DNA of 64,000 nt from Candidatus Latescibacterota bacterium. GTDB lineage: Bacteria > Latescibacterota > UBA2968. The position numbers and the translations under genes were made by a program. The stretch lies in the NCBI GenBank assembly GCA_965207885.1, contig OZ242311.1:4032001-4096000 (forward strand). The letters are read 5' to 3'. The notes under the pieces are model-generated. The model saw nothing but the letters and a program-made list of their open reading frames with translations, had not been told where the DNA came from and did no database searches. Shown here one piece after another: positions 1 to 10,192 of the stretch; within the stretch, counting starts at the first letter, position 1; every line of letters starts with the position of its first letter.

Positions 1-131
1 CTTTATGCCAGTGAAAATATCCTTGCATAATCGTTTGAAGTTCAATAGTTTCAGGAGACATAGACCTGTGCCTTGTTAAGATGAGAAAGGTTTGTCTTGG
101 GACATTCAAACCTAACTCTTTTTAGCTTTTT

Positions 132-743
132 TCACAGGTCTTTTATTTTTTGTCGTGTACTATGAAGTCCAATACTATTTAAATGAGTTAAGGTACCAAA
201 ATTGACACCCTCTCTATTGTAAATTTCTCCCTTCTCATCGAAGATCAATGGGCCAAAGTCCCAGGCAAATCCGCATAACTTGGAGAATAATTCGGCTTCG
301 CTCTTGTCGAGATCAGACAAGAAATTGACCGTTCTCTTTGAGTACGTGCCCGGTCTATTCGCTTCGCCCGCCAGAACACACGACCACAGCATTTGCATCT
401 CATCGTCGGATACTATTCGCGCCTTATCAAAGAAATTGGTGACCCAGTCGTCTTCTATGGAATCGGGATCGCCGTCTTCGTTCAATTGGGGTATAGCCTT
501 GGACGTAATCTGTTCCATGTTATTTTGATATTGCGCTTCCTCTTCTATCCACCGACGGGCAGCTCTTTTATGCAAATCGGTAATTTGAATCTCCGATTCA
601 GCTTCTGTGAGTGCTGCGTCTGCTTTCGCCTTGGCTATCCTTCGAATTTGACGCGGTTCAAATAATATGCCTGTCGCATTTGAAATTTTTTTGATCAGGG
701 TATCGACCGGCTTCGATAGGTTGGACAGATCGATTATAGACAT
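132..743 (-). CDS. DUF2806 family protein, probably C-terminally truncated
   Basis: Family-like motifs DDWVTNFFDKARIVSDDEMQMLW..LAGEANRPGTYSKRT; the ORF stops abruptly shortly after HLNSIGL. Confidence 0.65.
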   Translation of the reverse strand: MSIIDLSNLSKPVDTLIKKISNATGILFEPRQIRRIAKAKADAALTEAESEIQITDLHKRAARRWIEEEAQYQNNMEQITSKAIPQLNEDGDPDSIEDDWVTNFFDKARIVSDDEMQMLWSCVLAGEANRPGTYSKRTVNFLSDLDKSEAELFSKLCGFAWDFGPLIFDEKGEIYNREGVNFGTLTHLNSIGLHSTRQKIKDL

Positions 744-757
744 TAAAATCCTCCGTG

Positions 758-1033
758 TTACCGTATTCCATCTACCTCAATGACTTGCCTTGTGAGTTCG
801 TCATTTTTCGAACGCATCGGCTCGCGCAGTGGTATATCCAGTTCTACACCACCTAAAGACGCGAATCGGTCCTGTATAGCGCGTGCGAGATTGGTGGGGG
901 GCGCGTGCTCGGTAAGGGCAACATGTAAAATAGCCCGCGCTTCCTCTTCCATCGAACGGCCGTGCTCTGCCGCCCGGATGCGCAGACGCTGCTTTATGTC
1001 ATCACTGAGGTTGCGTATCGTCATGCTGGCCAT
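758..1033 (-). CDS. FitA/StbC-like ribbon-helix-helix antitoxin (no PIN toxin adjacent)
   Basis: MASMTIRNLSDDIKQRLRIRAAEHGRSMEEEARAIL is the FitA RHH signature; start trimmed to the ATG at 1033. Confidence 0.8.
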   Translation of the reverse strand: MASMTIRNLSDDIKQRLRIRAAEHGRSMEEEARAILHVALTEHAPPTNLARAIQDRFASLGGVELDIPLREPMRSKNDELTRQVIEVDGIR

Positions 1034-1157
1034 CTTCTTTACCTTCAATTCGAAAAAATATGCGATGCTCAAAAAATAGGGGCAAGACATTTCAAGCCAT
1101 CACGCACCGCTGGGTGGTCGAATACAGATTCACAATGACATACGTGGACAATGCTCA

Positions 1158-3050
1158 TTACTCCTCGCCTTGTTCGCTTTGTTCGGCGTCATTGTGCAAA
1201 GCATTCCAAAAGTAAATGAATACGAGCTTCAAAGCAAACCACCAAGCATAAATTGCGCTGGAGGAGTAGCAGGCCGTGTCATCAAGCAGACCATGTGCAA
1301 GTTCATTCCGGAGATTTGGTCCAAACGAATCACAGAGAAGTGCTTTGATCTCAAAAGTCAGATCCTCGCCGAATATCTCTTCTGTCTGTGGAATATCCAT
1401 AAGCGCGCTAAGACTGATCTCATTCTCTATTCCGTTGATATCCAAATTTGTGGTTTGTACTCCTACTTGTTTCAAGTGGTAGCGTATCATGTGCTCAATC
1501 TGGGGTACCAAGATATGTAGAGCTGTAACAAAATCCTGGTCATAACCTGCGAACAGTGCTTTGCCGAAGAGCTGTTCCCGTCCTATAGGCACGATAGGAG
1601 ATTGCCTGGCAAGATTGATAAAATCAGCTTCTCGCAAGCGGTGTTCCAGAAGCAGAACCTCTTGTGCTGGCAAGATACAACCCCGAACGACAAGATCGAC
1701 ATGAATGCGGTAATTTTCGATCATCTTAGCGCGGATGGTCTCCTCGCCGTCGTCAGCCTCATCGTTATCAGAGAATGTGCTATGGGGAATCATTCCAAGC
1801 CGCCTTGCAATGACGCGACCATCACGACTCATTGCAGTTCCAGAAAACAAGAATTGCATCGGATAGTTACGAATTTGCTCGATCGTGCTTTCGCGCAGTT
1901 CTCTGGCATTCTCGCTACTAACCAGATTGACAAATGCCTCCAGTGCCTCATTTAACGCCTTACCTCTCACTGAATTACGGGCATCATCAACGATCTGCCT
2001 GATGTCCCCACCAGGAATACGGATGACACCCATTTCATCCAGCGATCTCACCCCGGATTCGTTGAGATGCTGCCGTAACTCTGCAATTCGATCATCCACT
2101 TGATGCGGCTCACGCCTGGACCCGGGAATGGTACGGTATTTCTGGATGGCATTCTCGTAGTAGGCTCTGGCGATAATGTGACTCGGTTGATCCGACGACA
2201 ATCTGGCGTCAGCCTCTTTAACCCAGCCTTCGGCCACCTCAACTATCATTGCAGTTGACTTCTCATTGTCTCCAGACACCTTAAACCAATCAGCCGATGC
2301 CTGGAAGTATTCGCGTGCTCTGTGGAAATCTCTTTCACCCTCGAAATTGCGAGCAAGAGACTCGAGTTTTGTTGCGATCTTGGTTGAGTGATCCCTTCCG
2401 AGAGCGTTAGACTTGAGCAGATCAGCTAACCAAAAGCCGAGAGAGCCATCCTGCCTCGTCGCCGACTTAAATGCTTCGATGATCGAGCCTTCAATTTCGG
2501 TAACACGCTCGCCAGCTCCTGATCTGAGCCTGCGAGCCAGATCTATTGCCCGCTGCCAGCACTGTTGCCCGTCACGCAACCATGTCTCCGTGTCCAACGG
2601 GATAGACCGGTAGCTATCAATAGCCTCTAAGGCGAACTTGACACCGCGGGAACTTTGTAAGAGCCAGACCAGATCAGCCAGACGTGCTTTTAGCAAATGT
2701 GCCTTTGGACACGGATCATCAATTTCATCAATGATTCTCGCGAAGAAATCGATATCGTTTTTCGATAAGTCGTCTGGAATGCTTGAGCGTTGACCATCTA
2801 ACACCATGAAGGGCTTGAAAGGCTCGTTGAAACTGTCGGGCGAGATCATCATTGAGCAGGCCTGAGCTAACAGCGATAGCACCTTGCCATGGGCCTGGTG
2901 GTCTTCGTTGACGGCTTGCCTCGCAGCATCAGAGAACGCAAAATATATCGAGGAATAATCTTTACGGTCTGCGCCAGCCAATACCTCCTTCCAGCCACAA
3001 CCGGCAAAGTCCTCAGAGGTTAAAATTAGGTCTTCTTGATAATTGGTCAT
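1158..3050 (-). CDS. DUF4209-domain protein with C-terminal HEPN-like RxxxxH motif
   Basis: C-terminal ALHILVPQIEH..GPNLRNELAHGLL; start overlaps the hsdS stop (ATGA). Confidence 0.75.
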   Translation of the reverse strand: MTNYQEDLILTSEDFAGCGWKEVLAGADRKDYSSIYFAFSDAARQAVNEDHQAHGKVLSLLAQACSMMISPDSFNEPFKPFMVLDGQRSSIPDDLSKNDIDFFARIIDEIDDPCPKAHLLKARLADLVWLLQSSRGVKFALEAIDSYRSIPLDTETWLRDGQQCWQRAIDLARRLRSGAGERVTEIEGSIIEAFKSATRQDGSLGFWLADLLKSNALGRDHSTKIATKLESLARNFEGERDFHRAREYFQASADWFKVSGDNEKSTAMIVEVAEGWVKEADARLSSDQPSHIIARAYYENAIQKYRTIPGSRREPHQVDDRIAELRQHLNESGVRSLDEMGVIRIPGGDIRQIVDDARNSVRGKALNEALEAFVNLVSSENARELRESTIEQIRNYPMQFLFSGTAMSRDGRVIARRLGMIPHSTFSDNDEADDGEETIRAKMIENYRIHVDLVVRGCILPAQEVLLLEHRLREADFINLARQSPIVPIGREQLFGKALFAGYDQDFVTALHILVPQIEHMIRYHLKQVGVQTTNLDINGIENEISLSALMDIPQTEEIFGEDLTFEIKALLCDSFGPNLRNELAHGLLDDTACYSSSAIYAWWFALKLVFIYFWNALHNDAEQSEQGEE

Positions 3051-4351
3051 TTGTTTCTCGTTTCGTTTATTAGCCGTATCCGGCCAGTAAGAAGTTGCTG
3101 CATCATGCCCTGCTTGATGGCACGGGTCTTATTCCTGCGTTGTTCCAGTGTAACGATCTCGTCATCTATGTCGGAGAGCACAGCGGCTATAGCTCGTTGT
3201 TCGGTGTGGGTGGGGACAGACAGTTCGATTGAGGCCACATCACGCTTACCGATTTCCAGAAAGGTTGATCCTATGGCCCGCTCTATCATTTGCGGTTTGA
3301 GTGTCAAAAGTAGGTAATACAGGAACTCATTGGATACATCGTCTTTACAGACAAGCGACTTGAAGCCTTGGTTTGTGCATACTGGCGATGTAGCAATCTT
3401 GATCTCTCCGATAGTTGCGCGGCTGCATAGGAGAAGGGTACCAACAGGAAGCAGGCTTGCCGCGCAACTGGCCAATCCTGCCCCAGTGACACTCCGCTCT
3501 GTCGCGAGGAGATACTTCCCCGGCGTGGCCGTAATGTCGGTCGGCGTACACCACGGAATCGGCCCGTTCCAGTAGGCACTAATTTGAGTACTTGGCGTTG
3601 CTCCATTCCTTATATCCGCGACTTCTCCCAGTGTTGTCGTCTCCCACTTCCCACTGAACCCCGGCAGTCGGATCTTCCCGGTGAGAAGTTGCTGCATAGC
3701 GGCCTGCTTGACGGCTCGCTTTTTGGCGATCAGTTTCTCCAACGCTGTGAACAATCCATCCACATCCGACAACGCCTCTGCGATGGCGTGTTGCTCAGCG
3801 TCAGGGGGAACAGGTAATGGCACTATTTCAAGTTTGTCTTTTGGTAGATGTGCGATGCTTGTTTGAGTGACGTAGTTTGATAGATAACCGTTCGATGTCC
3901 ACAGTTGTAGCAGGCACATCATTAGATATACGTTGTAAGTTTTTACTGGTCGGAGTCGATGAATTGCTTTTTGGTAATAGCACTCTGGAATGAGGTCGTT
4001 CCAGATGGCAGCACGTCCTATCTCGCCGCCTTCGCAAACGAGCAGATCCCCTCTTCGAAGACGAAATCGCTGCAAATCCGACATAGACATCGGAACCGTG
4101 GCGATGCTGTCTAAGTCAATCCGTCCCCATTGAACAGAACGATTGCCAATGTAGGGTTTGGGTACGCCAGTATTATTAGCTGCATCAAGCATCTTGCCGA
4201 GTTGAATTCTGAACTCTGCACCGATAGTCGATACACGCCAGTCCTGTGGAATCACGCCCACCTCTGTGCGCTTGTAACCCATTGGCACCTCTTCCGATAG
4301 CGTATGTTCAGTTTCAAGGGCCTTGCCTATTGTCCTTTGTATCTTACTCAC
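3047..4351 (-). CDS. hsdS: Type I restriction-modification specificity subunit
   Basis: GYKRTEVGVIPQDW; two TRDs each followed by conserved EQ.AIA..LSD.D..I..LE and KQ..MQQLLTG helices. Confidence 0.95.
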   Translation of the reverse strand: MSKIQRTIGKALETEHTLSEEVPMGYKRTEVGVIPQDWRVSTIGAEFRIQLGKMLDAANNTGVPKPYIGNRSVQWGRIDLDSIATVPMSMSDLQRFRLRRGDLLVCEGGEIGRAAIWNDLIPECYYQKAIHRLRPVKTYNVYLMMCLLQLWTSNGYLSNYVTQTSIAHLPKDKLEIVPLPVPPDAEQHAIAEALSDVDGLFTALEKLIAKKRAVKQAAMQQLLTGKIRLPGFSGKWETTTLGEVADIRNGATPSTQISAYWNGPIPWCTPTDITATPGKYLLATERSVTGAGLASCAASLLPVGTLLLCSRATIGEIKIATSPVCTNQGFKSLVCKDDVSNEFLYYLLLTLKPQMIERAIGSTFLEIGKRDVASIELSVPTHTEQRAIAAVLSDIDDEIVTLEQRRNKTRAIKQGMMQQLLTGRIRLINETRNK

Positions 4352-4456
4352 AACTTAGAACCGTTATGCTGGTAGGTGGTCGAAAAGGTTTCCGATGGAA
4401 ATATGGATGTGCCAAACCGAACCACGTTCATATTAGACTGTTTATAGCAAACCCAA

Positions 4457-5404
4457 TCAGCCAGGAGAAACTCCTATCTGCTGAATAAATTCAGTCCACA
4501 GACGCTCAACAGCGTTCCTTGGAGTGAGCTGTCCCTGGTCATCTCTAAAGCCTATAGTATTGACGAGATACTGTTCGTAACCGTCCGATTCAATGTAGAA
4601 GATACCATTTGCCATATTGGGTGCTGAGTTTTCCGAGAATGAGTAGGATATATCGCCCAACCCCATAAGGCCGTTCCTGCAATGTACAGTGATGTGCGCT
4701 GTATCATGGTTTCGCATGCGTGCTCTGTTGACGATTGTGCATCCGAACGAACTCGAGCCGTAGGACACAAAACGCCCGCGCAAATCGTCAATCGTATTGA
4801 TTGTGTCAATTTGCTTCTGGAAGTAGTCTCGAATGGTCGTAAATGCGGTCTCTCGGAACTCACTACGGTCTATTTCGTCGAAGTCTTTCTGTATTCGATA
4901 AGAAGGAGCCATAGGCGACGTGTCCAGAGTCCCTCCAGAGAAGGGAGTGTGTTCTGTACCAGACACAGTATCCTTACGAGTCTCAATAATTCGCCGAAGT
5001 TCCTTGACGACATCGAGATAGGCGCTGTTCTGGTTCGTCCACTCGCTTATGGGTTTGCCATCGCGTGGCAGTGCCTTGAACTTGCCCAGCGACGAAGTCC
5101 AATCGCAAGGCTCGACAATAATTGGTATAACAGGTGCTCCATCGTAGTCATGACGCTCAAGTGCTCGCTTCATTTCAATATTGACGCAATAGTCGGACGC
5201 CAAGAAATCCGGGCTGACCAGCATAAGGAAGACATCGCAGTACTCAAGTGCTTTGTCAATCTCGGCATCAATGTTTCCACCTGCGAGAATTTCACGATCA
5301 AACCAGGCATCAATAAGCCTTTCAGAACGAAGGGGAGCCAAATGGGTATGTAGTCGATCCAGAGCTACAGCATCTCTGTGTGAATATGAAATGAATGCCT
5401 TCAT
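4457..5404 (-). CDS. TIR-domain protein with uncharacterised C-terminal domain
   Basis: MKAFISYSHRD..WFDREILAG..LVSPDFLASDYC..EM (putative catalytic Glu present). Confidence 0.9.
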   Translation of the reverse strand: MKAFISYSHRDAVALDRLHTHLAPLRSERLIDAWFDREILAGGNIDAEIDKALEYCDVFLMLVSPDFLASDYCVNIEMKRALERHDYDGAPVIPIIVEPCDWTSSLGKFKALPRDGKPISEWTNQNSAYLDVVKELRRIIETRKDTVSGTEHTPFSGGTLDTSPMAPSYRIQKDFDEIDRSEFRETAFTTIRDYFQKQIDTINTIDDLRGRFVSYGSSSFGCTIVNRARMRNHDTAHITVHCRNGLMGLGDISYSFSENSAPNMANGIFYIESDGYEQYLVNTIGFRDDQGQLTPRNAVERLWTEFIQQIGVSPG

Positions 5405-5794
5405 TGGACTGGTCCTCGCTTCTATTTAGTGCTTTTTGCCGCGTAGCGTATAGTACTCTTTCGCAACGCTATACGCATATTTACGGATCGTTTTAATACG
5501 GACAAAAAAGGCTATGTGATTTTCTTTTTAAACTATGAAATATACCCAATCTCCACGTTTCTGGCAAAGCTGAAACCATAACAGGAGAGCTTCTATAATT
5601 CTAAAAGGGTGTTCTTGAAAGTTGTTGATGATCAGGAGGGCAAAACAGTGGGATTAACCCGAAGGGATATGGTGGAGCAATTCAGTGACCTGTGAGGTGG
5701 AAGGTAGTCCCATATCCTGGACAGAGAATATCCGGGACGCAACCTCGGAAATCTCAGAAGGAAGGAAATCTGACTTGATGTGTTGCTGGTTAGA

Positions 5795-6640
5795 CTATGT
5801 CTGACACAACTCAGCTATCATCGCCGCATTTTCACCGAGTTGGTCGTTGAATTTTTGATACATGCCCACCAGAAGAACATCATTGGGTTTTATATTTTTG
5901 AGAGTAAAAGCAAATTCTTCGCGAATCTGGTTTTTGGAGTTAATAGCGCGCCCAGCAGCGAGGACTTTGAAGGTAATGCACGGCTTGTCGGTACTGCGAA
6001 TAATACCACACATGCGATCGCGGTGTTCGCGGAGATAGATTTCACTCAAGGGTTGATGACCAAATTTTTGTTCAAATTCTTCGCGTGCGCCCTGCAAATA
6101 ATACAGCGCGGTCATATAGTAATCGATATCCCAGTCTTCTTCTTCGGCAATCTCAATAATCCGGGGATTGTGTACCGATAAACCAACCATAACCCCTGTG
6201 TCGCGGATGCCCTTGAGAATATCTCGAAGATAGTCCAGGCGATTTTCCTGAAAGCACCGCCCGGCAACACCACTTCCGTGAGGTGCCATGCCAATGGGAT
6301 TGTGTTTAGCTGCTTCGTCAATCAACAAGGGATCGTCATACCAGTGTCCACCTCTGCTGAGACAGAAATAATGAATCGTACCCCCCTCATCGCGGTATCG
6401 CTGAAGATCGGCAGCCGAGCGTTCGGTAAGCGTATTTTGCCAGGCATTAACACCCACTTCTTCTGCACGTCGCAAAGTCGCCATAACCTGATCGGATGTA
6501 TTGGCTTCTTGCTGGTGTTGCGAAAGCAACTGATTGAAATGTGCATATCCATAGATCGGATTGTCGCCCATAATGAGACGGCTGATTTGATACTGCCCAA
6601 ATTGAACCTTTGGTAGATTTATCGTATTTGAGACTGACAT
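5795..6640 (-). CDS. Hypothetical protein, aldo/keto-reductase-like TIM barrel
   Basis: LPKVQFG..ISRLIMGDNP and KPCITFKVLAAGR; RBS AAGGAG upstream. Confidence 0.55.
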   Translation of the reverse strand: MSVSNTINLPKVQFGQYQISRLIMGDNPIYGYAHFNQLLSQHQQEANTSDQVMATLRRAEEVGVNAWQNTLTERSAADLQRYRDEGGTIHYFCLSRGGHWYDDPLLIDEAAKHNPIGMAPHGSGVAGRCFQENRLDYLRDILKGIRDTGVMVGLSVHNPRIIEIAEEEDWDIDYYMTALYYLQGAREEFEQKFGHQPLSEIYLREHRDRMCGIIRSTDKPCITFKVLAAGRAINSKNQIREEFAFTLKNIKPNDVLLVGMYQKFNDQLGENAAMIAELCQT

Positions 6641-6661
6641 GTTATTGCTCCTTCGTTTTAC

Positions 6662-9097
6662 TTACAGCACGATCCCCATCTTCTTCAAATGTCCCTCGAC
6701 CTTCGCGCTGAAATCATCCACCTCCCGCTCCAACTCCGGAAGCGGACGGGCATAGCGATCTTCCAGTTCTTTTATTCGTACAGTGAGATGCTGAGTAAGC
6801 CGCTGCACCTCTTCCTGAATATCGGCCTGAATGCTTGCGAACCACTTGTCCTCGACCACCAGTGTCTTAATTTCGACCTCAGAGAGCATGGCGTATTGAG
6901 CCAGCACCTTTTGATCCAGCGCGGATTGTTTATCCCTCACGGCCTTGCTCGCACTGGACTCAGCCCCAATCAGAGACAGACAGTGCGTGAGAGCATCCTG
7001 TTCTTCGTCACTATCCGGTTCGTCCCGGATGATCTTAAGCCGTGTCGTCACCCCGGTTTTGGTGACCTTGCCTTTATCGTTGGTGGCGTCCTGTAGCAAA
7101 CCATCCTCGCCCGTGTGTTCTTCGACAAATTCCTCCAACTCACGCGCCGCAGTCTCTTGATCGGCTTGTAGAGCCTCAATCACAGCCTGATCTGTAGCGA
7201 AGTAGCGCGCGACAATCAATTCCGGAGGAATCAGATCCATTTTATACTTATTCCGCTTAATAGTCAAATCCGGAGTCTCTTTGATCTTCCTTTCCTTGTC
7301 TTCAATAATCCCACGCGGTTTGGCGGCTTCGGCCCAACCGTCGTCGGCAATGAGATACACATCGTCCTGCATAATCTCGTTCCAATAGTCCATCAGCCGC
7401 TGGTAAATATCGTAAGGATCGAGCAACGGCAAATCGGCAAATCGCGCGAGCAGATCTTCCGACAGGATGTGGATGATTTCTCTGGGATTGACACCTGTAT
7501 CAAGCTCCTTGAGGAGCGGATCGTGAGTCTCCCGCCAACCATCCAGCACAGCCGAGACTTGCGTCATATAGCACTTAAACTCGTCGTGGTCGAGAATCAC
7601 ATCCTTCACCATCTCAACTCGAGCCTCGCTGTAGCCCGCACGACCATTGCCGATGAATAATGCCTGACGCAACGAGGGAAAAACCTCCCAATAATCACCC
7701 AGCGCGTCCAGGTCTCGATCTGGGATACCGCCGTGCAAATGTGCATCGAGATCGTGCAAATCTTCAGGATCGCTGGAGTCAATATAACGCGGAATATTGA
7801 GATTGTAGTCATTAGCAGGACTGGCGATCTCGGCCATCGGCACCATGCGGGAATAGCGCGACAACTTAGTCTGCTTGTTGAACACATCAACAATCCGGTG
7901 AATATCCTGCGCGCGCAAGCGGTTCTTATTGCCGTCCTTGAGAAATCCCTTACTCGCATCAATCATAAAGATACCCGTGCGGGCATGGGCATTCTCCTTA
8001 TCGATGACCAGGATGCACGCGGGAATACCAGTGCCGTAGAACAGATTAGCAGGCAAGCCGATAATACCCTTAATGAGACCGCGCTGGATGAGATTTTTGC
8101 GAATATCCGCCTCCTTATTACCGCGAAACAATACGCCATGCGGCATAATGATCGCGCCCTTACCTTTGCTCTTGAGCGACGTAATGAGATGCAGGAGAAA
8201 GGCATAGTCGCCATTCTTCGCTGGAGGAATACCGTACTCAAAGCGCCCATACTCGTCATGCTCTGGATTGAGACCACTGGACCACGCCTTGGCGGAAAAA
8301 GGCGGATTGGCAACGGCAAAGTCAAAGGTTCTGAGATTATCATAAGGATTTTTGAAATACGGAGCAGCCAGCGTATTGCCGTTATACAACTCAGCAGTCG
8401 GATGGCCGTGCAGAATCATATTCATTCGCGCGAGCGACCATGTGGCATTGTCCATCTCCTGCCCGTATATCGTAATCCCATTCGGGGCCTCATCCGCGGC
8501 CTTGAGTAGCAGCGAGCCAGAGCCACAAGTCGGATCATAAATCGTCTCGTCCTGACGAGTGTGCGGGCCAATACCGACCACCTTCGCCATAATGCGCGAT
8601 ACCTCAGCCGGTGTATAAAACTGCCCCTTGCTCTTACCAGACTCAGTGGCAAAGTGCATCATCAGGTACTCGTATGCATCACCCAACAAGTCATCGCCCT
8701 CAGCCCTATTACCGCGAAGGTCGAGACCCTCGAAAATGGCGACCAACTTCGACAAACGATCCTGCATCTCCTTACCCGCACCCAGCTTGCTCTCATCGTT
8801 AAAGTCAGCCTGATCTATGACGCCCTGGAGATCATTGGCCTCGGCGAGTTTACTGATAATCTTATTAATCTTGTCGCCGATCTCCTTGTCGCCCTTCAGC
8901 TTCACCATATCGGCAAAACTGCCTCCAGCGGGCACTTCAATAAGCGCATCTACCTCGCCTGCGTACCTGTCCGAAATATATTTCATGAATAGCAGCGTCA
9001 GGACATAGTCCTTGTACTGCGAGGCGTCCATACCACCGCGCAACTCATCGCAACTTTGCCAGAGTGATGAATAGAGTTGGGATTTTTTTACAGCCAT
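6662..9097 (-). CDS. hsdM: Type I restriction-modification N6-adenine methyltransferase
   Basis: LWQSCDELRGGMDASQY, GQFYTP, YDPTCGSGSLL (motif I), ANPPF (motif IV), YNLNIPRY. Confidence 0.97.
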   Translation of the reverse strand: MAVKKSQLYSSLWQSCDELRGGMDASQYKDYVLTLLFMKYISDRYAGEVDALIEVPAGGSFADMVKLKGDKEIGDKINKIISKLAEANDLQGVIDQADFNDESKLGAGKEMQDRLSKLVAIFEGLDLRGNRAEGDDLLGDAYEYLMMHFATESGKSKGQFYTPAEVSRIMAKVVGIGPHTRQDETIYDPTCGSGSLLLKAADEAPNGITIYGQEMDNATWSLARMNMILHGHPTAELYNGNTLAAPYFKNPYDNLRTFDFAVANPPFSAKAWSSGLNPEHDEYGRFEYGIPPAKNGDYAFLLHLITSLKSKGKGAIIMPHGVLFRGNKEADIRKNLIQRGLIKGIIGLPANLFYGTGIPACILVIDKENAHARTGIFMIDASKGFLKDGNKNRLRAQDIHRIVDVFNKQTKLSRYSRMVPMAEIASPANDYNLNIPRYIDSSDPEDLHDLDAHLHGGIPDRDLDALGDYWEVFPSLRQALFIGNGRAGYSEARVEMVKDVILDHDEFKCYMTQVSAVLDGWRETHDPLLKELDTGVNPREIIHILSEDLLARFADLPLLDPYDIYQRLMDYWNEIMQDDVYLIADDGWAEAAKPRGIIEDKERKIKETPDLTIKRNKYKMDLIPPELIVARYFATDQAVIEALQADQETAARELEEFVEEHTGEDGLLQDATNDKGKVTKTGVTTRLKIIRDEPDSDEEQDALTHCLSLIGAESSASKAVRDKQSALDQKVLAQYAMLSEVEIKTLVVEDKWFASIQADIQEEVQRLTQHLTVRIKELEDRYARPLPELEREVDDFSAKVEGHLKKMGIVL

Positions 9098-9122
9098 TTT
9101 TCAGTCCTCTTACATCAAGCAC

Positions 9123-10190
9123 TCAATCAAACACGAGCACCGTGCGCGCAACTTTCCCCTGAACCATATCCTCGAACGCCTCATTGATCTCATCCAGCGG
9201 GCGGAAGCGCGATATCAACTCATCCAATTTAATCTTCCCCTGCCGATAGAGATCCAGAATCCACAAAAAATCAACACGGGCGCGGGCAGCGCCGTGCCAC
9301 GAACCCATAATGGCGCGATCGCGCAAAAGATCTGTACCATCGACAGATATATCCTCCCCAGTCGGCTGTACCCCCACCACAATAGCGGTTCCAGTCATCC
9401 GAACCGACGCAAACGCCTGCTTCACCAGCGCGGGAAACCCGACGACCTCAAAAGCATAATCCGCTCCACCACCCGTAATCTCCATAATTCTCTGAACCGG
9501 ATCTTCCCTATCCGCATTCACAAAATGCGTCGCCCCAAACTGCTCCGCCAACTCCAGCTTATACGGCACATTATCCACCGCGATAATCTTCCCGGCCGAA
9601 GCGAGAACACCCCCCTGAATAACATTGAGACCAACGCCCCCACATCCAAATACAGCCATTGTCGCACCCGCTTCCACCTTCGCGCGATTCACCACAGCGC
9701 CAATACCCGTGATCACCCCGCAACTAATCAAACACGCTATCCGAAGATCTGTATCATCAGGCACCTTTACACACGCATCTGCCAACACAACCGACTGCTC
9801 CGTATATGTGGGGCGCCCGTGGTGATAAATCGTCCCATTTTTTGAAATCCGACTCGGCAAACCCCCTTGATGAGTTTCACAAAGCGCCGGACTGCCCTCG
9901 CTGCAATTACGGCAATAGCCGCACATCGCATCGAGAGAGAGCACAATCTTGTCCCCAACCTGAACACTGGTCACACCGGGACCGACCTCTCTAATAACAC
10001 CTGCACCCTCGTGCCCCATAACCCAGGGCAGTGCGCGAGGCCTGACATGCCCATCCACATAGTGATAATCGCTGTGACAAACGCCCGCACCGACAATATC
10101 GAGAAGCACTTCTCCCTCATGGGGAGATTCGATATCCACATCTTCGACAGAAACGCGGGTATGCGGTTTGTGGAGAATAGCTGCTTTCAT
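9123..10190 (-). CDS. Zn-dependent alcohol dehydrogenase (MDR family)
   Basis: GVCHSD, GHEGAG, structural Zn motif CGYCRNC..C, Rossmann GCGGVG. Confidence 0.93.
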   Translation of the reverse strand: MKAAILHKPHTRVSVEDVDIESPHEGEVLLDIVGAGVCHSDYHYVDGHVRPRALPWVMGHEGAGVIREVGPGVTSVQVGDKIVLSLDAMCGYCRNCSEGSPALCETHQGGLPSRISKNGTIYHHGRPTYTEQSVVLADACVKVPDDTDLRIACLISCGVITGIGAVVNRAKVEAGATMAVFGCGGVGLNVIQGGVLASAGKIIAVDNVPYKLELAEQFGATHFVNADREDPVQRIMEITGGGADYAFEVVGFPALVKQAFASVRMTGTAIVVGVQPTGEDISVDGTDLLRDRAIMGSWHGAARARVDFLWILDLYRQGKIKLDELISRFRPLDEINEAFEDMVQGKVARTVLVFD

Positions 10191-10192
10191 TT

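Noticed and set aside
5580-5780. Possible gene fragment between the TIR and AKR-like genes
   Set aside because: Only short open stretches with no recognisable family.
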